From Hyphococcus sp. (GTDB taxonomy: Bacteria > Pseudomonadota > Alphaproteobacteria > Caulobacterales > Parvularculaceae), in assembly GCA_028289605.1 (NCBI GenBank), contig JANQON010000004.1, positions 74,547-138,546 of the forward strand: a stretch of DNA of 64,000 nt, in the 5' to 3' direction. Of this stretch, positions 8,853 through 18,564 are shown one piece after another. Numbering within the stretch: the stretch's first letter is position 1; each line of letters begins with the position of its first letter. The position numbers were made by a program, and so were the translations under genes. Below the pieces are notes generated by a model. The model was not told the origin of the DNA and did not search any database. It saw only the letters and a program-made list of their open reading frames with translations.

Positions 8853-10265
8853 CTAGCGCAGCGACAGGAGCCGCCCCTTTTCACTGAGGATATAGAGCTT
8901 CTCATTCGCCACGACCGGCGAAATTGTCGAGGGCTCATCGATTTCCATGGTGTCGACGACGGCGCCGTTGACGGGATTGACCTTGGAAATTTCACCGAGA
9001 TTGGACACCAGCACCAGATGATCGCCGGCAAGCACCGGGCCCGCCCAGGTGACCCGGCCCTTTTTCTTTTTCTCGTTCTTGTAACGCCGCAGCTGGCTGA
9101 CCCAGACGATACCGCCGTCATTGCGGGACAGACAGACGACTTCGGCGTCCACCGTGACGACATAGATGAAATCGCCCGCGACCCAGGGCGTCTGCAGGCT
9201 GGTGATCGACGCTTCCCAGACCCGCTGGCCGGAACGAATATCGATAGCGGCGAAGCGGCCGCCGTGACTGACCACATAGACCAGCCCGCGGTCGATGACC
9301 GGGCTGCCGGCAATATCATTGAGCGAGGCGAGCGCCGTCAGGCGCGCCTGCTGCGCAAGCGTTTCATTCCAGAGGGCGCGGCCGGAATCGGCGAGGAACG
9401 CCACGATCTCGCCGGACGAAAACGGCGCGACGACAAGATCCCCGGCCGCCGCAGGCGACGCGGACGACAAGAACCGCGCGCTCTCTTCAAACGACTGAAA
9501 CGACCAGACCTCTTCGCCGGTTTCCTGATCGAGAGCCAGGAATTCGTTCACATTGGTGGCGACATAGACCTTGCCGCGATACGCAGTCGGCGGCGTACGC
9601 ACGGCCGCTTCGGTTTCAACGCGCCAGATTTCCTCGCCGCTGATGGCGTCGAGCGCCGCCACAAATCCGAAACCGGACGTGACGAACACTTTTCCCTGGT
9701 CAAAAGCGACGCCGCCGCCGAACCCGATCTCTGCGGGATTGGGACCGCGGAAGAGCTCTCTAATGCGAAACCGCTCATTGACCTCCGGCGCCAATTCCTT
9801 GCGCCAGATTTCTTCGCCGGTTTCGGCGTTGAACGACGTCACCGTGGTTTCAGCGTCGATCACGTAGACGCGGTCGCTGACGACGATCGGCGGACTGGTC
9901 AGTTTAGAAAATTCGCCCGCTTTGCCGACATTCACTTTCCATTCTTTTTCGATATCGAGCGTGGCGGCGATGTGGTGCAAGGTGTGGTCTGCCTCGCCGC
10001 CGGGCTGCGGCCAGGAAACGTTTACATATGACGGCGGAACGTCGACGGAGACGCCCGCGTAACGAGGATCGGCGCGAAGCTGTTCGTCGAGCGCCAGAAT
10101 GGAGATGCGGTCGTCTTCGGCGGGCGCGTTTTCTTCCTCATCGTCATCCCCGCCGCCGAAAATGCCGGCGATGGGATTGGAGGCGCAGCCAGCCGCCATG
10201 GCCAGCCCAATCAGAAGCGCCGTGGAACGGCCAATTCGGTTTCCGAGGAGTCGGGGATTGCGCAT
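8853..10265 (-). CDS. bamB: outer membrane protein assembly factor BamB (PQQ-like beta-propeller lipoprotein)
   Basis: Lipobox LAMAAGC, repeated propeller-blade patterns, and the conserved position between a yfgM-like gene and der. Confidence 0.85.
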   Translation of the reverse strand: MRNPRLLGNRIGRSTALLIGLAMAAGCASNPIAGIFGGGDDDEEENAPAEDDRISILALDEQLRADPRYAGVSVDVPPSYVNVSWPQPGGEADHTLHHIAATLDIEKEWKVNVGKAGEFSKLTSPPIVVSDRVYVIDAETTVTSFNAETGEEIWRKELAPEVNERFRIRELFRGPNPAEIGFGGGVAFDQGKVFVTSGFGFVAALDAISGEEIWRVETEAAVRTPPTAYRGKVYVATNVNEFLALDQETGEEVWSFQSFEESARFLSSASPAAAGDLVVAPFSSGEIVAFLADSGRALWNETLAQQARLTALASLNDIAGSPVIDRGLVYVVSHGGRFAAIDIRSGQRVWEASITSLQTPWVAGDFIYVVTVDAEVVCLSRNDGGIVWVSQLRRYKNEKKKKGRVTWAGPVLAGDHLVLVSNLGEISKVNPVNGAVVDTMEIDEPSTISPVVANEKLYILSEKGRLLSLR

Positions 10266-11101
10266 TACTGAGTTTCACCTTCGCTTGCCTCGGCGTCTTC
10301 CGGCGCCGGCTCGGTTGCGTCTTCGACGTCGTCCCCATCGCCCTCGACGGCTTCGTCTTCATCCGTCGGCGTTTCAATCTCTTGCGTTGTCGCGCCGATG
10401 GCGCCGACAATATCGTCAAGACGGATTTCGCCGGTGAGATTGACGCCCGCCTTGCCGGAAACAGCCAGCGCCGCGAACTCCTCCGCGCGCGCCGACAACG
10501 ATTCCGGCGTCTCAGGATTGCCAGCCAGCTGTCGGAATACGCCAAGCGCCGTTTCATAGTCTTCGGCCAACAGGGCCGTGACGCCCACGACTTCATCAGC
10601 GTAAGGACGATAGGGTCCGTCGCTCTGGGGCAGGTCGCCCAGATGGTTGAGCGCTGCCTCGCGGCCGTCGTCAATGGCGAGATAGGCGGCGCGCAGCCGC
10701 GCCAGATCGCGCATCGATTTCGGCGCTGCGTTGCTGTCGTAAATCGATTTGAACGCCGCGATCGCCGCTTCGCGCTCGCCGTCCGCGACCAGGGAGGCCG
10801 CCCGGCGGAAGCCCGCGAGAACCGCGTAGCCGCTGCCGCCTTCGTCGGCGATGACGCCCAACGCTTCGCGTCCCTGTCCGGGATTTTCCGCAAGCAGCTC
10901 AACCGCCTCGTTGAACGCAGTGGCCTGTTGGTTGGCTGCATTGGTTTGCGCCGCATTGTACGCCTGGTAGGCGCCGACGCCGAGGATCAGCGCCGCGGCG
11001 CCCCCGATAATCGCCGGGCCGTAATTGCGGAACATCGACCACTGGCGGTCTTCGGCCAGTTCCTGATCAACTTCCCTTAAGACGCTGTCTTCATTCGCCA
11101 C
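10265..11101 (-). CDS. tetratricopeptide/YfgM-like membrane-anchored protein with acidic C-terminal tail
   Basis: The conserved part starts at GTG 11101 (VANEDSVLREVDQELAEDRQW, then the TM segment GPAIIGGAAALILGVGAY). The stop overlaps the bamB start (TAATG). The longer ORF up to 11344 would overlap blc. Confidence 0.65.
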   Translation of the reverse strand: MANEDSVLREVDQELAEDRQWSMFRNYGPAIIGGAAALILGVGAYQAYNAAQTNAANQQATAFNEAVELLAENPGQGREALGVIADEGGSGYAVLAGFRRAASLVADGEREAAIAAFKSIYDSNAAPKSMRDLARLRAAYLAIDDGREAALNHLGDLPQSDGPYRPYADEVVGVTALLAEDYETALGVFRQLAGNPETPESLSARAEEFAALAVSGKAGVNLTGEIRLDDIVGAIGATTQEIETPTDEDEAVEGDGDDVEDATEPAPEDAEASEGETQ

Positions 11102-11273
11102 TTTGTTGAAATCCTGTCTGCGGCCCGTCGGACGTCCCGCCTCGAAAACGAGGGTTCTAACGGCCTTTGATAAGGCGCGCAACGCGCGAGGATACTCCCG
11201 GACATGGCGATTTTGCGACCCATCGAAACTAAAGCCGAAAAATTCGCGTATGAAGGCGAAAAAGGAAGTCATA

Positions 11274-11813
11274 ATGCGCGCCGTCATCGCCCTCGCCGTT
11301 TTCTCGCTGGTCGCCGCATGCGCGTCGCCGCCGGTCAATCGCACCGCCGATGCGCCGCTGGAAACGGTCGAATCCGTCGATCTCGACCGCTATCAGGGCC
11401 TTTGGTACGAGATCGCGCGATTTCCCAATCAGTTTGAGAAGAATTGCGAAGGCGTGACGGCGGAGTACGCTCTGCGCGACGACGGTCTGATCAGCGTCGT
11501 CAACACCTGCCGCAAGGGCGGCGTTGATGGGAAAATCACCGTCGCCAAGGGTCGCGCCCGCGTCGTCGACGCCGCCTCCAACGCCCGGCTGGAGGTGAGT
11601 TTCTTCGGCCCGTTCTGGGGCGACTATTGGATTATCGGGCTTGAGGACGACTATTCGATTTCGCTCGTGGGCGAGCCGCAAGGCCGATATCTGTGGATCC
11701 TGTCGCGGACGCCGGTCTTGAGCGACGAACAGCGCGCGGACGCGCTCGCCCGTCTCAAGGCGTTCGGATACAATACAGACGCCCTCTATTTCACTCGTCA
11801 ACCGCCCGCCTAG
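11274..11813 (+). CDS. blc: outer-membrane lipocalin (Blc family lipoprotein)
   Basis: Lipobox LVAACAS, then [20 protein letters not shown], the lipocalin signature. RBS AAGGAAG lies before ATG 11274. Confidence 0.85.
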   Translation: MRAVIALAVFSLVAACASPPVNRTADAPLETVESVDLDRYQGLWYEIARFPNQFEKNCEGVTAEYALRDDGLISVVNTCRKGGVDGKITVAKGRARVVDAASNARLEVSFFGPFWGDYWIIGLEDDYSISLVGEPQGRYLWILSRTPVLSDEQRADALARLKAFGYNTDALYFTRQPPA

Positions 11814-11818
11814 CAGAT

Positions 11819-12346
11819 CTATTCTCCGTCAAAGGCGACGAGCGAGGTGACCTGCTTGCCCATGGCGCGCAGCTTCGCCGCGCCGCCCAGGTCCGGCAGG
11901 TCGATTACAAAGGCGCAAAGGACAATAACCCCGCCGGCTCGCTCAAGCAGCTTAATCGCCGCGCTCGCCGTACCGCCGGTGGCGATCAAGTCATCCACAA
12001 GCAGGATCCGTTCGCCCTTTTCGACCGCGTCGATATGGATCTCCACTTCGTCAACGCCGTATTCCAGCTCATATTCTTCGCCGATGGTCTGATGCGGCAG
12101 CTTGCCCTTTTTTCTGATGGGAACGAAGCCCACGGACAGCTGGTGCGCGATGGCGCCGCCGAGAATGAACCCGCGCGCCTCGATCCCGGCCACCTTGTCG
12201 ATCTTGGCGCCCGCCAAGGGCTGGACCAGTTCGTCCACAGTGCGGCGAAAGGCGCGCGCATCGGCAAGCAGGGTCGTCACGTCCCGGAACATAATGCCCG
12301 GCTTGGGGTAATCCGGGATGGTGCGAATAGCGGCGGCGAGATCCAT
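11819..12346 (-). CDS. apt: adenine phosphoribosyltransferase
   Basis: From [27 protein letters not shown]. The PRPP motif is [14 protein letters not shown]. Confidence 0.93.
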   Translation of the reverse strand: MDLAAAIRTIPDYPKPGIMFRDVTTLLADARAFRRTVDELVQPLAGAKIDKVAGIEARGFILGGAIAHQLSVGFVPIRKKGKLPHQTIGEEYELEYGVDEVEIHIDAVEKGERILLVDDLIATGGTASAAIKLLERAGGVIVLCAFVIDLPDLGGAAKLRAMGKQVTSLVAFDGE

Positions 12347-12457
12347 ACGGGGCGCCCTTTCCTTCCTGACAAACGGCGCGAAAATGGCCCAACCGGCGCG
12401 GCAATACAACAGCATGAAAGCCTTGGGATATTCGCTGCGCCCGCCTATGTTCCGCCC

Positions 12458-14305
12458 ATGTCGCATTCATCAACCGTCAAAGAACAGGCCCGGGAAAACT
12501 TCAAGCGCGCATTGCTGCATGTCACCCGTGCGCTGTCCGCCCAGCATGATGTCGACGTCGCGTTCGGCGGCGAGCATGCGACCATCCAGGGAAAATCAGC
12601 GCGCATCCCCCTCCCGGCGCGAACGCTCGACCGGGAGGCGGCGGCTATCGCACGCGGCGAAGGCGATGCGGCTGCGCTGCGCCTCGCCCATCACGACGTC
12701 GCCGCCCATGACCGCCTCGCCCCGGCGGGCGCCGAAGCGCGCGCGGTTTTCGCGGCTCTTGAAAACGCGCGATGCGAAGCCATCGGCGCGCGCGCGCTTG
12801 CCGGCGTGGGCGACAATCTTTCCGCGGCGCTGGAAAAAACCATCGCCGACAAAGGGTACGATCGGCTGAGCGCCAAGGATGCGGCGCCGATCGGCGATGT
12901 GGCTGCGCTGTTGTTGCGCGAACGCTTGACTGGGCGAACGCCGCCCCCGTCGGCGGCCGGCATCATGGAGGCGTGGCGCGATGAGCTCGAAGAGCGGGCC
13001 GGCGCCTCGCTCGACGCCATGGCCGCCGCGGCCGATCTTAACGACCAGGAAGCCTTCGCCGCCCTGGCGCGAAACTTCATCCGGGATCTTGATCTTGACG
13101 ATGACGATCAGGGCGACCGCGCCGAGGAGGATGACTCAAACGAGCAAAACGACGACGACGACGAAAACGACACCGGCGAGGACGACACCGGCGAGGACGA
13201 TTCAGAGTTCCCCGAAGACGCCGGCGAAGGCGACACCGCTGACGGCGACGCCGACCTCTCCGATCAGGACATCGAATCGACCATCGAAGAGGACGACGGC
13301 GCGACCGAAAACGCCAAAGTCTCGAGCTTGCGCAACCGGTTCGAGGGCGACACCGGTGAAGCCTATAAGGCTTACACAACCGAGTTCGATGAAATCGCCG
13401 ACGCCCATGATCTCTGCGACGCCGAAGAACTGCAACGTCTGCGCCGGTCTCTCGACCGCCAATTGGAAAATCTGCATACGGTGGTTTCACGCCTCGCCAA
13501 CAAACTGCAGCGCAAATTGATGGCGCAGCAAAACCGAAGCTGGGCGTTCGACCTGGACGAAGGCGTCCTCGACGCCGCCCGCCTCGCCCGTGTCGTGGTC
13601 GATCCCATGCAGCCATTATCCTACAAGATGGAAAAGGATCAGGAGTTCCGCGATACGGTTGTCACGCTGTTGATCGACAATTCCGGTTCCATGCGCGGTC
13701 GCCCGATCACCATTGCGGCGATCTGCGCGGATATCCTGGCGCGCACGCTCGAACGCTGCGGCGTGAAGGTCGAAATTCTGGGCTTTACGACGCGCGCCTG
13801 GAAAGGCGGTCAGGCTCGGGAAAAGTGGGTTGAGGACGGGCGGCCCGCCAAGCCGGGCAGACTCAACGATCTACGCCACGTCATCTACAAATCCGCAGAC
13901 GCGCCGTGGCGTCGCGCGCGCACGTCGCTCGGCCTGATGATGAAGGAAGGCCTGCTCAAGGAAAATATCGACGGCGAGGCGTTGATGTGGGCGCATACGC
14001 GCTTGCTCGGCCGACCGGAGTCCCGCCGCATCATGATGGTCATCTCCGATGGCGCGCCGGTGGACGATACGACGTCGTCTTCAAACGGCGGCGCTTATCT
14101 GGAACGTCATTTGCGCGAGGTCATCGGCTTTATTGAAAATCGGTCGCCGGTGGAGCTGTTGGCGATCGGCATCGGCCACGATGTCACGCGCTATTACCGG
14201 CGCGCGTTGACCATTGTCGACGTCGACCAACTCGGCGGCGCGATCATCGATAAGCTTGCAGAGTTGTTCGACGAGGAAAATATTCGCCGAGGCAACGCGG
14301 CTTGA
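12458..14305 (+). CDS. cobT: cobaltochelatase subunit CobT-like protein (acidic linker plus C-terminal vWA domain)
   Basis: Start at ATG 12458 ([26 protein letters not shown]). An Asp/Glu-rich tract lies at about 13090-13320. The vWA MIDAS motif [11 protein letters not shown] is present. Confidence 0.85.
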   Translation: MSHSSTVKEQARENFKRALLHVTRALSAQHDVDVAFGGEHATIQGKSARIPLPARTLDREAAAIARGEGDAAALRLAHHDVAAHDRLAPAGAEARAVFAALENARCEAIGARALAGVGDNLSAALEKTIADKGYDRLSAKDAAPIGDVAALLLRERLTGRTPPPSAAGIMEAWRDELEERAGASLDAMAAAADLNDQEAFAALARNFIRDLDLDDDDQGDRAEEDDSNEQNDDDDENDTGEDDTGEDDSEFPEDAGEGDTADGDADLSDQDIESTIEEDDGATENAKVSSLRNRFEGDTGEAYKAYTTEFDEIADAHDLCDAEELQRLRRSLDRQLENLHTVVSRLANKLQRKLMAQQNRSWAFDLDEGVLDAARLARVVVDPMQPLSYKMEKDQEFRDTVVTLLIDNSGSMRGRPITIAAICADILARTLERCGVKVEILGFTTRAWKGGQAREKWVEDGRPAKPGRLNDLRHVIYKSADAPWRRARTSLGLMMKEGLLKENIDGEALMWAHTRLLGRPESRRIMMVISDGAPVDDTTSSSNGGAYLERHLREVIGFIENRSPVELLAIGIGHDVTRYYRRALTIVDVDQLGGAIIDKLAELFDEENIRRGNAA

Positions 14306-14473
14306 TCCACAGAACGCGGCAATGAGAATTTCAGAAAACTTCCGCATTGTTCTCTGCGCGTAATTCTGCCTCCTAAATTTAAGAAAAATACATGTCGCCG
14401 CAATAGTAAACGAATTGATACTTCCCATCGTATTCTCTAAGATTTTTTTGTTATTCAAATATTGGAGAACACG

Positions 14474-15901
14474 ATGCAAAGAATGTCGATATTCTTTTCC
14501 TCCGTAGTTCTCTTTTTCTTCTCGCAAAGCGCCCCGCTAGACGCCGGTAATTTTGCAACGCCGGTTGGAAATTGGTGGGCCTATACGGACAAGAATCAAA
14601 CCGCGCAAACTAATGTGGGCGCAGGAATATATACAGTTGTATCGCGCTCAGTCAGCGCTCAAGATGGCGACGTATTTGTTATTAAGGCGCAATTGACAGT
14701 TTCCGCCGACATCAATGGCGGGGACAATATCTATCCGTTTTATGGGCATGTTACGTGCGACGGCGTGCGAGTCAGCCCCAAAAAATCAAAGACTGTCAAC
14801 AACTACGACAATCATCACGGCCCGTTGGTGATTGACGGATACTGTGAGGCCAGCGAAACGGGCTCGTTGGAAATTGCCCTTATTGCCGACCTTCGCGGCC
14901 CTCATATGACGATACAAGCCGGGCGTTTATCAAAACTTCACATTGAGCATTATCGAAGCAGTTCAAACCGAGGCGTCGTCAACGTTGTGAAGCGCGTCGG
15001 GCCCGATCAAACCTATCCGTTTGGGTATGATCGAGGACAACCTGGCGGATATGTCTACAACCAACACTTGGGGCTGACGATTCCCAATCTTCGAGACAGC
15101 GACATGGTCTATGTCAACGCGGTAGCCACAGCTCAATATGACAGCAATCCGCCGCCCGGTCCTGCAGGAACGCCGCCGACGGGATCAGACGCCATCGATA
15201 TGTTTGCTTTTCGGCTAATGATCGATGATCGGGAACAAGACAGCATAATTGGAAGCGACTTCGCCGCTGACACGGCCGAAAATCCCGATAGTCGCCTGTA
15301 CAGTTTTTCACAAAATTTGGTGCATTATTTGGAATTGCCTAACGGCAATCCGGCGATCCCCGTTGATTTTCTCACTGACGTATACGCAGGAGATCCGAAC
15401 ACGGGTCTTTACAATATCGGCATACGCTCAAAACTTGATGCTTTGGTGTTTGGATCGCAAGAGCCGGATTACGGCCACACCATAGGGGTTTTACGGCTAA
15501 GCGGCGTTCACACCGTATACCCCGCTCAAAACATTGTTCTAGACCGGGCCAACAACTTTGAACTTGCAAGCACGACCTTAACGTCGACCGGCGCTTCGGT
15601 CGCTCGCCACGTTTCACACCTACAGGTCTATGCCTCTTCAGTAGACACGGTAGGATCTACAAATTGCTATCTTTGGTCAGAGCTCTACGATTCCGGAGGC
15701 GGCATGATTGAAAAGTCGATTCTTGTTAATCGCTATCTCGGCGATCATACGGCTTTGCCGCTGCGAATTGAGAGCTTTTTTGAGCTTCCCGAAAGCGGGC
15801 AATACACCATTCGCGACAAAATCAGATGCTACGGCAGCGGCGCCAATACGATAACCGCTTACAAGTCTGGCACCTGGTCATTCACTGACCATTTCAATTG
15901 A
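14474..15901 (+). CDS. hypothetical secreted protein (orphan), low-GC gene
   Basis: RBS GGAGA at 14464-14468, ATG at 14474, and signal peptide MQRMSIFFSSVVLFFFSQSAPLDA. It is a long uninterrupted ORF in an AT-richer stretch. I recognise no family motif. Confidence 0.7.
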   Translation: MQRMSIFFSSVVLFFFSQSAPLDAGNFATPVGNWWAYTDKNQTAQTNVGAGIYTVVSRSVSAQDGDVFVIKAQLTVSADINGGDNIYPFYGHVTCDGVRVSPKKSKTVNNYDNHHGPLVIDGYCEASETGSLEIALIADLRGPHMTIQAGRLSKLHIEHYRSSSNRGVVNVVKRVGPDQTYPFGYDRGQPGGYVYNQHLGLTIPNLRDSDMVYVNAVATAQYDSNPPPGPAGTPPTGSDAIDMFAFRLMIDDREQDSIIGSDFAADTAENPDSRLYSFSQNLVHYLELPNGNPAIPVDFLTDVYAGDPNTGLYNIGIRSKLDALVFGSQEPDYGHTIGVLRLSGVHTVYPAQNIVLDRANNFELASTTLTSTGASVARHVSHLQVYASSVDTVGSTNCYLWSELYDSGGGMIEKSILVNRYLGDHTALPLRIESFFELPESGQYTIRDKIRCYGSGANTITAYKSGTWSFTDHFN

Positions 15902-15910
15902 AGAGCGCGA

Positions 15911-17113
15911 TTATGGCAGGCGCGTTGCGTCAAGCTCAAACTCTACGCGCACGCCAAGTGCTACGCCTTCTTCATCGAGCCATGATGCGGCCTCGCCAAG
16001 AGCGAAATCCGTGCGCACGAGATCAGCGCCGCCCGCCGCCACAGCGTTCGCCCCGTCAATCTCCAGCGTAAAGGGCAGCGTTATGTCATTGCGCGCGTCC
16101 TTGATGGTCAATGCGCCCGCCGCTTCGTATCCGGCGCCGGCGGCGCGAATATCGCACGCAGTGAATATCGCCGTCGGATAGTCCTTTACGTCGAACCACT
16201 CCCCGGCGAGCATGGTTTCGTCGCGCAGTCCGTCTCCGCTCCCGGCGGATGCAGTTTGCACCGTCACTTCAATCCAGGAGGCGTCGAGCCGATCGGGATC
16301 GAACGCAATCGCGGCATTGAAGTTTGAAAAGGCGCCTTCAAACGAATCCCCGTTCTGTTCGCCGATGAAACGCAGTTCGCCGCGCGTCATCGTCCAGTTC
16401 GGCGCCATCGTGTTCTCGCCGCAAACGCCCGCAGTTGCGACCGCGGCTTGCGCCGGATTGGCGTCCGAGCCCGCCTGGGGCGCCGCGCTGGCCGCCGTGA
16501 GGAAATAGGCGGCCGACCCTAGTCCCATCGCGGCGAATACGCCGCCAACGCCCAACACGGTTCCGGCGCCCGCCGGCGTCATGCTGCGCATCACCCCGTC
16601 GCGATCGATAAACGTGTGTTTCACCGCCGCGCCGACATGGAGCGCCAGCAAGCCCAGCACACCGAATGAAAGAAACTTGTGCAGATCCATAAATCGCTCT
16701 TCAGCAGCAGCGCTCATTTCCATGAAACCCAAATGCGGCACAGGGATGACCCCAAAATACGTTGTCGGGATGTCTTTGGGCGACACCGACACCATGGCGA
16801 GGCCGACAATCGGAATGGCGAGCATAAGCGCGTAGAATACCCAGTGCGTCGCCTTCGCAACCAGCCTCTGCCATGGGACCATGGACGCAGGCAAGGCAGG
16901 CGGCGGATGAGCGATGCGCCAACCCAGGCGAACAAGCGTCAGCAGCAGCACCGACAGTCCGAACGACTTGTGGAGCTGGTATAAGTCAAACTTCATCGCC
17001 GAACTGTTCGGCAGATTATGCATGTAGAGCCCGCCGAAAATCTGGCCCAAAATCAGGATCGCGATCGCCCAATGAAGGGCGACCGCCACACTGGAATATC
17101 GGTCGGCGCGCAA
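15911..17113 (-). CDS. cytochrome b561 family protein fused to a C-terminal YceI-like domain
   Basis: The N-terminus YSSVAVALHWAIAILILGQ...LHKSFG is the cytochrome b561 bacterial pattern with 4 TM segments. The C-terminal roughly 170 aa resemble the YceI fold. Confidence 0.8.
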   Translation of the reverse strand: MRADRYSSVAVALHWAIAILILGQIFGGLYMHNLPNSSAMKFDLYQLHKSFGLSVLLLTLVRLGWRIAHPPPALPASMVPWQRLVAKATHWVFYALMLAIPIVGLAMVSVSPKDIPTTYFGVIPVPHLGFMEMSAAAEERFMDLHKFLSFGVLGLLALHVGAAVKHTFIDRDGVMRSMTPAGAGTVLGVGGVFAAMGLGSAAYFLTAASAAPQAGSDANPAQAAVATAGVCGENTMAPNWTMTRGELRFIGEQNGDSFEGAFSNFNAAIAFDPDRLDASWIEVTVQTASAGSGDGLRDETMLAGEWFDVKDYPTAIFTACDIRAAGAGYEAAGALTIKDARNDITLPFTLEIDGANAVAAGGADLVRTDFALGEAASWLDEEGVALGVRVEFELDATRLP

Positions 17114-17118
17114 GAGGA

Positions 17119-17748
17119 TTATCCCTCTTCCGCCGGCATTTCGAATTCGACTTCAATCGTCAGATTCACGTCGTCGCTCACGACCGGGGTGAACGCATCA
17201 ACCCCGAAGTCGGAACGCTTGACTACGCCCTTGGCCGAAAAACCCAGCTTGTAAACCTTGCCGCGGTCTTCGTATGCGCCCTTGTTAAAGGCCACATCCA
17301 GCGTCACCGGCTTGGTGTTGCCTTTAATAGTGAGGTCGCCTGTGAGCGTCCCGGTGTTATCGCCGGTTTGTTCCAGCGCCGTGCTGACGAAGGTGATCGT
17401 CGGGTGGTTTTCGACGTCAAAGAAGCGTTCGCCGCGCAGGTGACCGTCGAAAACGTCGACGCCGCTGTCGATGGAGTTCGCGTCGATCGTGACCTCGACT
17501 TTCGACGCTGTCGGATCTTCCGCATTCCACTCAAGTGTCGCATCCCATTCCCGCCAGCGTAGAAACGGACGCGAATAGCCCTGGTGGTCGTAGTCGAACG
17601 TGATGTAGCGGTGGGTTTGATCAATTTCATACGTGCCCGATATCGCCCCGGCGTCCGGGCTGCCGCCCTGGCCGTTGGCCGGCCCGCCGCATGCGGCGAA
17701 CGCCAGGGCCCCAAGGACAGGCAGCACAGTTTTAAAGGTCGTATTCAT
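17119..17748 (-). CDS. YceI family periplasmic lipoprotein
   Basis: Start at MNTTFKTVLPVLGALAFAACGG (lipobox). Also YEIDQTHRYITFDYDHQGYS and a LTIKG...V pattern typical of YceI. Confidence 0.85.
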   Translation of the reverse strand: MNTTFKTVLPVLGALAFAACGGPANGQGGSPDAGAISGTYEIDQTHRYITFDYDHQGYSRPFLRWREWDATLEWNAEDPTASKVEVTIDANSIDSGVDVFDGHLRGERFFDVENHPTITFVSTALEQTGDNTGTLTGDLTIKGNTKPVTLDVAFNKGAYEDRGKVYKLGFSAKGVVKRSDFGVDAFTPVVSDDVNLTIEVEFEMPAEEG

Positions 17749-17831
17749 GATCACTCTCCAAAAAATTTGAAATCCGTGCTTTTCGCTAGCATCGTTGCGC
17801 ATGGACCGTAAGCGTTCTCACGATCTCGTGA

Positions 17832-18491
17832 CTACGCCGGAAACTGCGAAACGATTTTGTTTAAGTCAGGCCGCGCGCGCTCCTTCGGCTCCTCCGTCGC
17901 TGTCCCGATATACACATAGCCGGCGACTTTTTCTTGACCCGTCAGGCCAAGGGCGGCCAGAACGGTTTCGTCGTAGGCGTACCATTCGGTAATCCACTGC
18001 GCCGCGAACCCATGGGCGCTCGCGCCCAGCAACATATTCTGACAGACCGCGCCGGCGGTTAGGATCTGTTCCCATTCCGGCGTGCGGTGCTCGGGATCGA
18101 CGGCGGAAATCACGGCAATCACGACCGGCGCCCGCAGAAAGCGCGCGCGCTCCTTGGCGACGCGCTCCTCAGGTTCGTCAGGGTTGTTGGCGGAGAATAC
18201 GTCCGCCAGCGCCTTGCCGAATCGCTCCCGCGCCGCGTCTTCAAACACGATAAACCGAAACGGCGTGACGCGCCGATGATCCGGCGCCCGCGCGGCGATC
18301 GTGAGGATCGACCGCAAGGTCGGATCATCCGGTCCGGGCCCGCCAAGCATATCCGCCGGCGACGACCGCCGCCGGCTGAGCATTTCGACGGCGTCCTGGC
18401 CGGGGAACGCCGATGGAACAACTTCACCGAATTGCGGCGCGTCAACTGGATCAGGCAAATCGGAAAACCCCGCTTGGAAAACCCGCGTCAA
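17832..18491 (-). CDS. nitroreductase family protein
   Basis: 219 aa with MLSRRRSS, AARAPDHRRVTPFRF and WITEWYAYD patterns of the nitroreductase fold. Confidence 0.8.
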   Translation of the reverse strand: MTRVFQAGFSDLPDPVDAPQFGEVVPSAFPGQDAVEMLSRRRSSPADMLGGPGPDDPTLRSILTIAARAPDHRRVTPFRFIVFEDAARERFGKALADVFSANNPDEPEERVAKERARFLRAPVVIAVISAVDPEHRTPEWEQILTAGAVCQNMLLGASAHGFAAQWITEWYAYDETVLAALGLTGQEKVAGYVYIGTATEEPKERARPDLNKIVSQFPA

Positions 18492-18564
18492 ATGCTATGG
18501 AGGCGCATCGAGCGCGCCGTATGACTCGGCGCCAAGGTAAACAACCAGCATTGGAATTCAAGCA

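Noticed and set aside
7767-10031. 754-aa ORF on the + strand, the second-longest ORF in this part of the window
   Set aside because: It is antisense to two confidently recognised genes (der and bamB). Its translation is Ser/Arg/Ala/Pro-rich low complexity with no motifs. It is a typical GC-driven shadow ORF.
8853-11101. yfgM-like / bamB / der cluster, considered as a possible unusual system
   Set aside because: This gene order is a well-known conserved housekeeping arrangement in Proteobacteria. Only the acidic C-terminal tail of the TPR protein is slightly unusual.
11693-12457. N-terminal 255-codon extension of the cobT ORF (the track gives 870 aa from 11693)
   Set aside because: The extension would overlap the 3' end of blc and the entire apt gene on the other strand. 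The conserved CobT sequence begins at ATG 12458.
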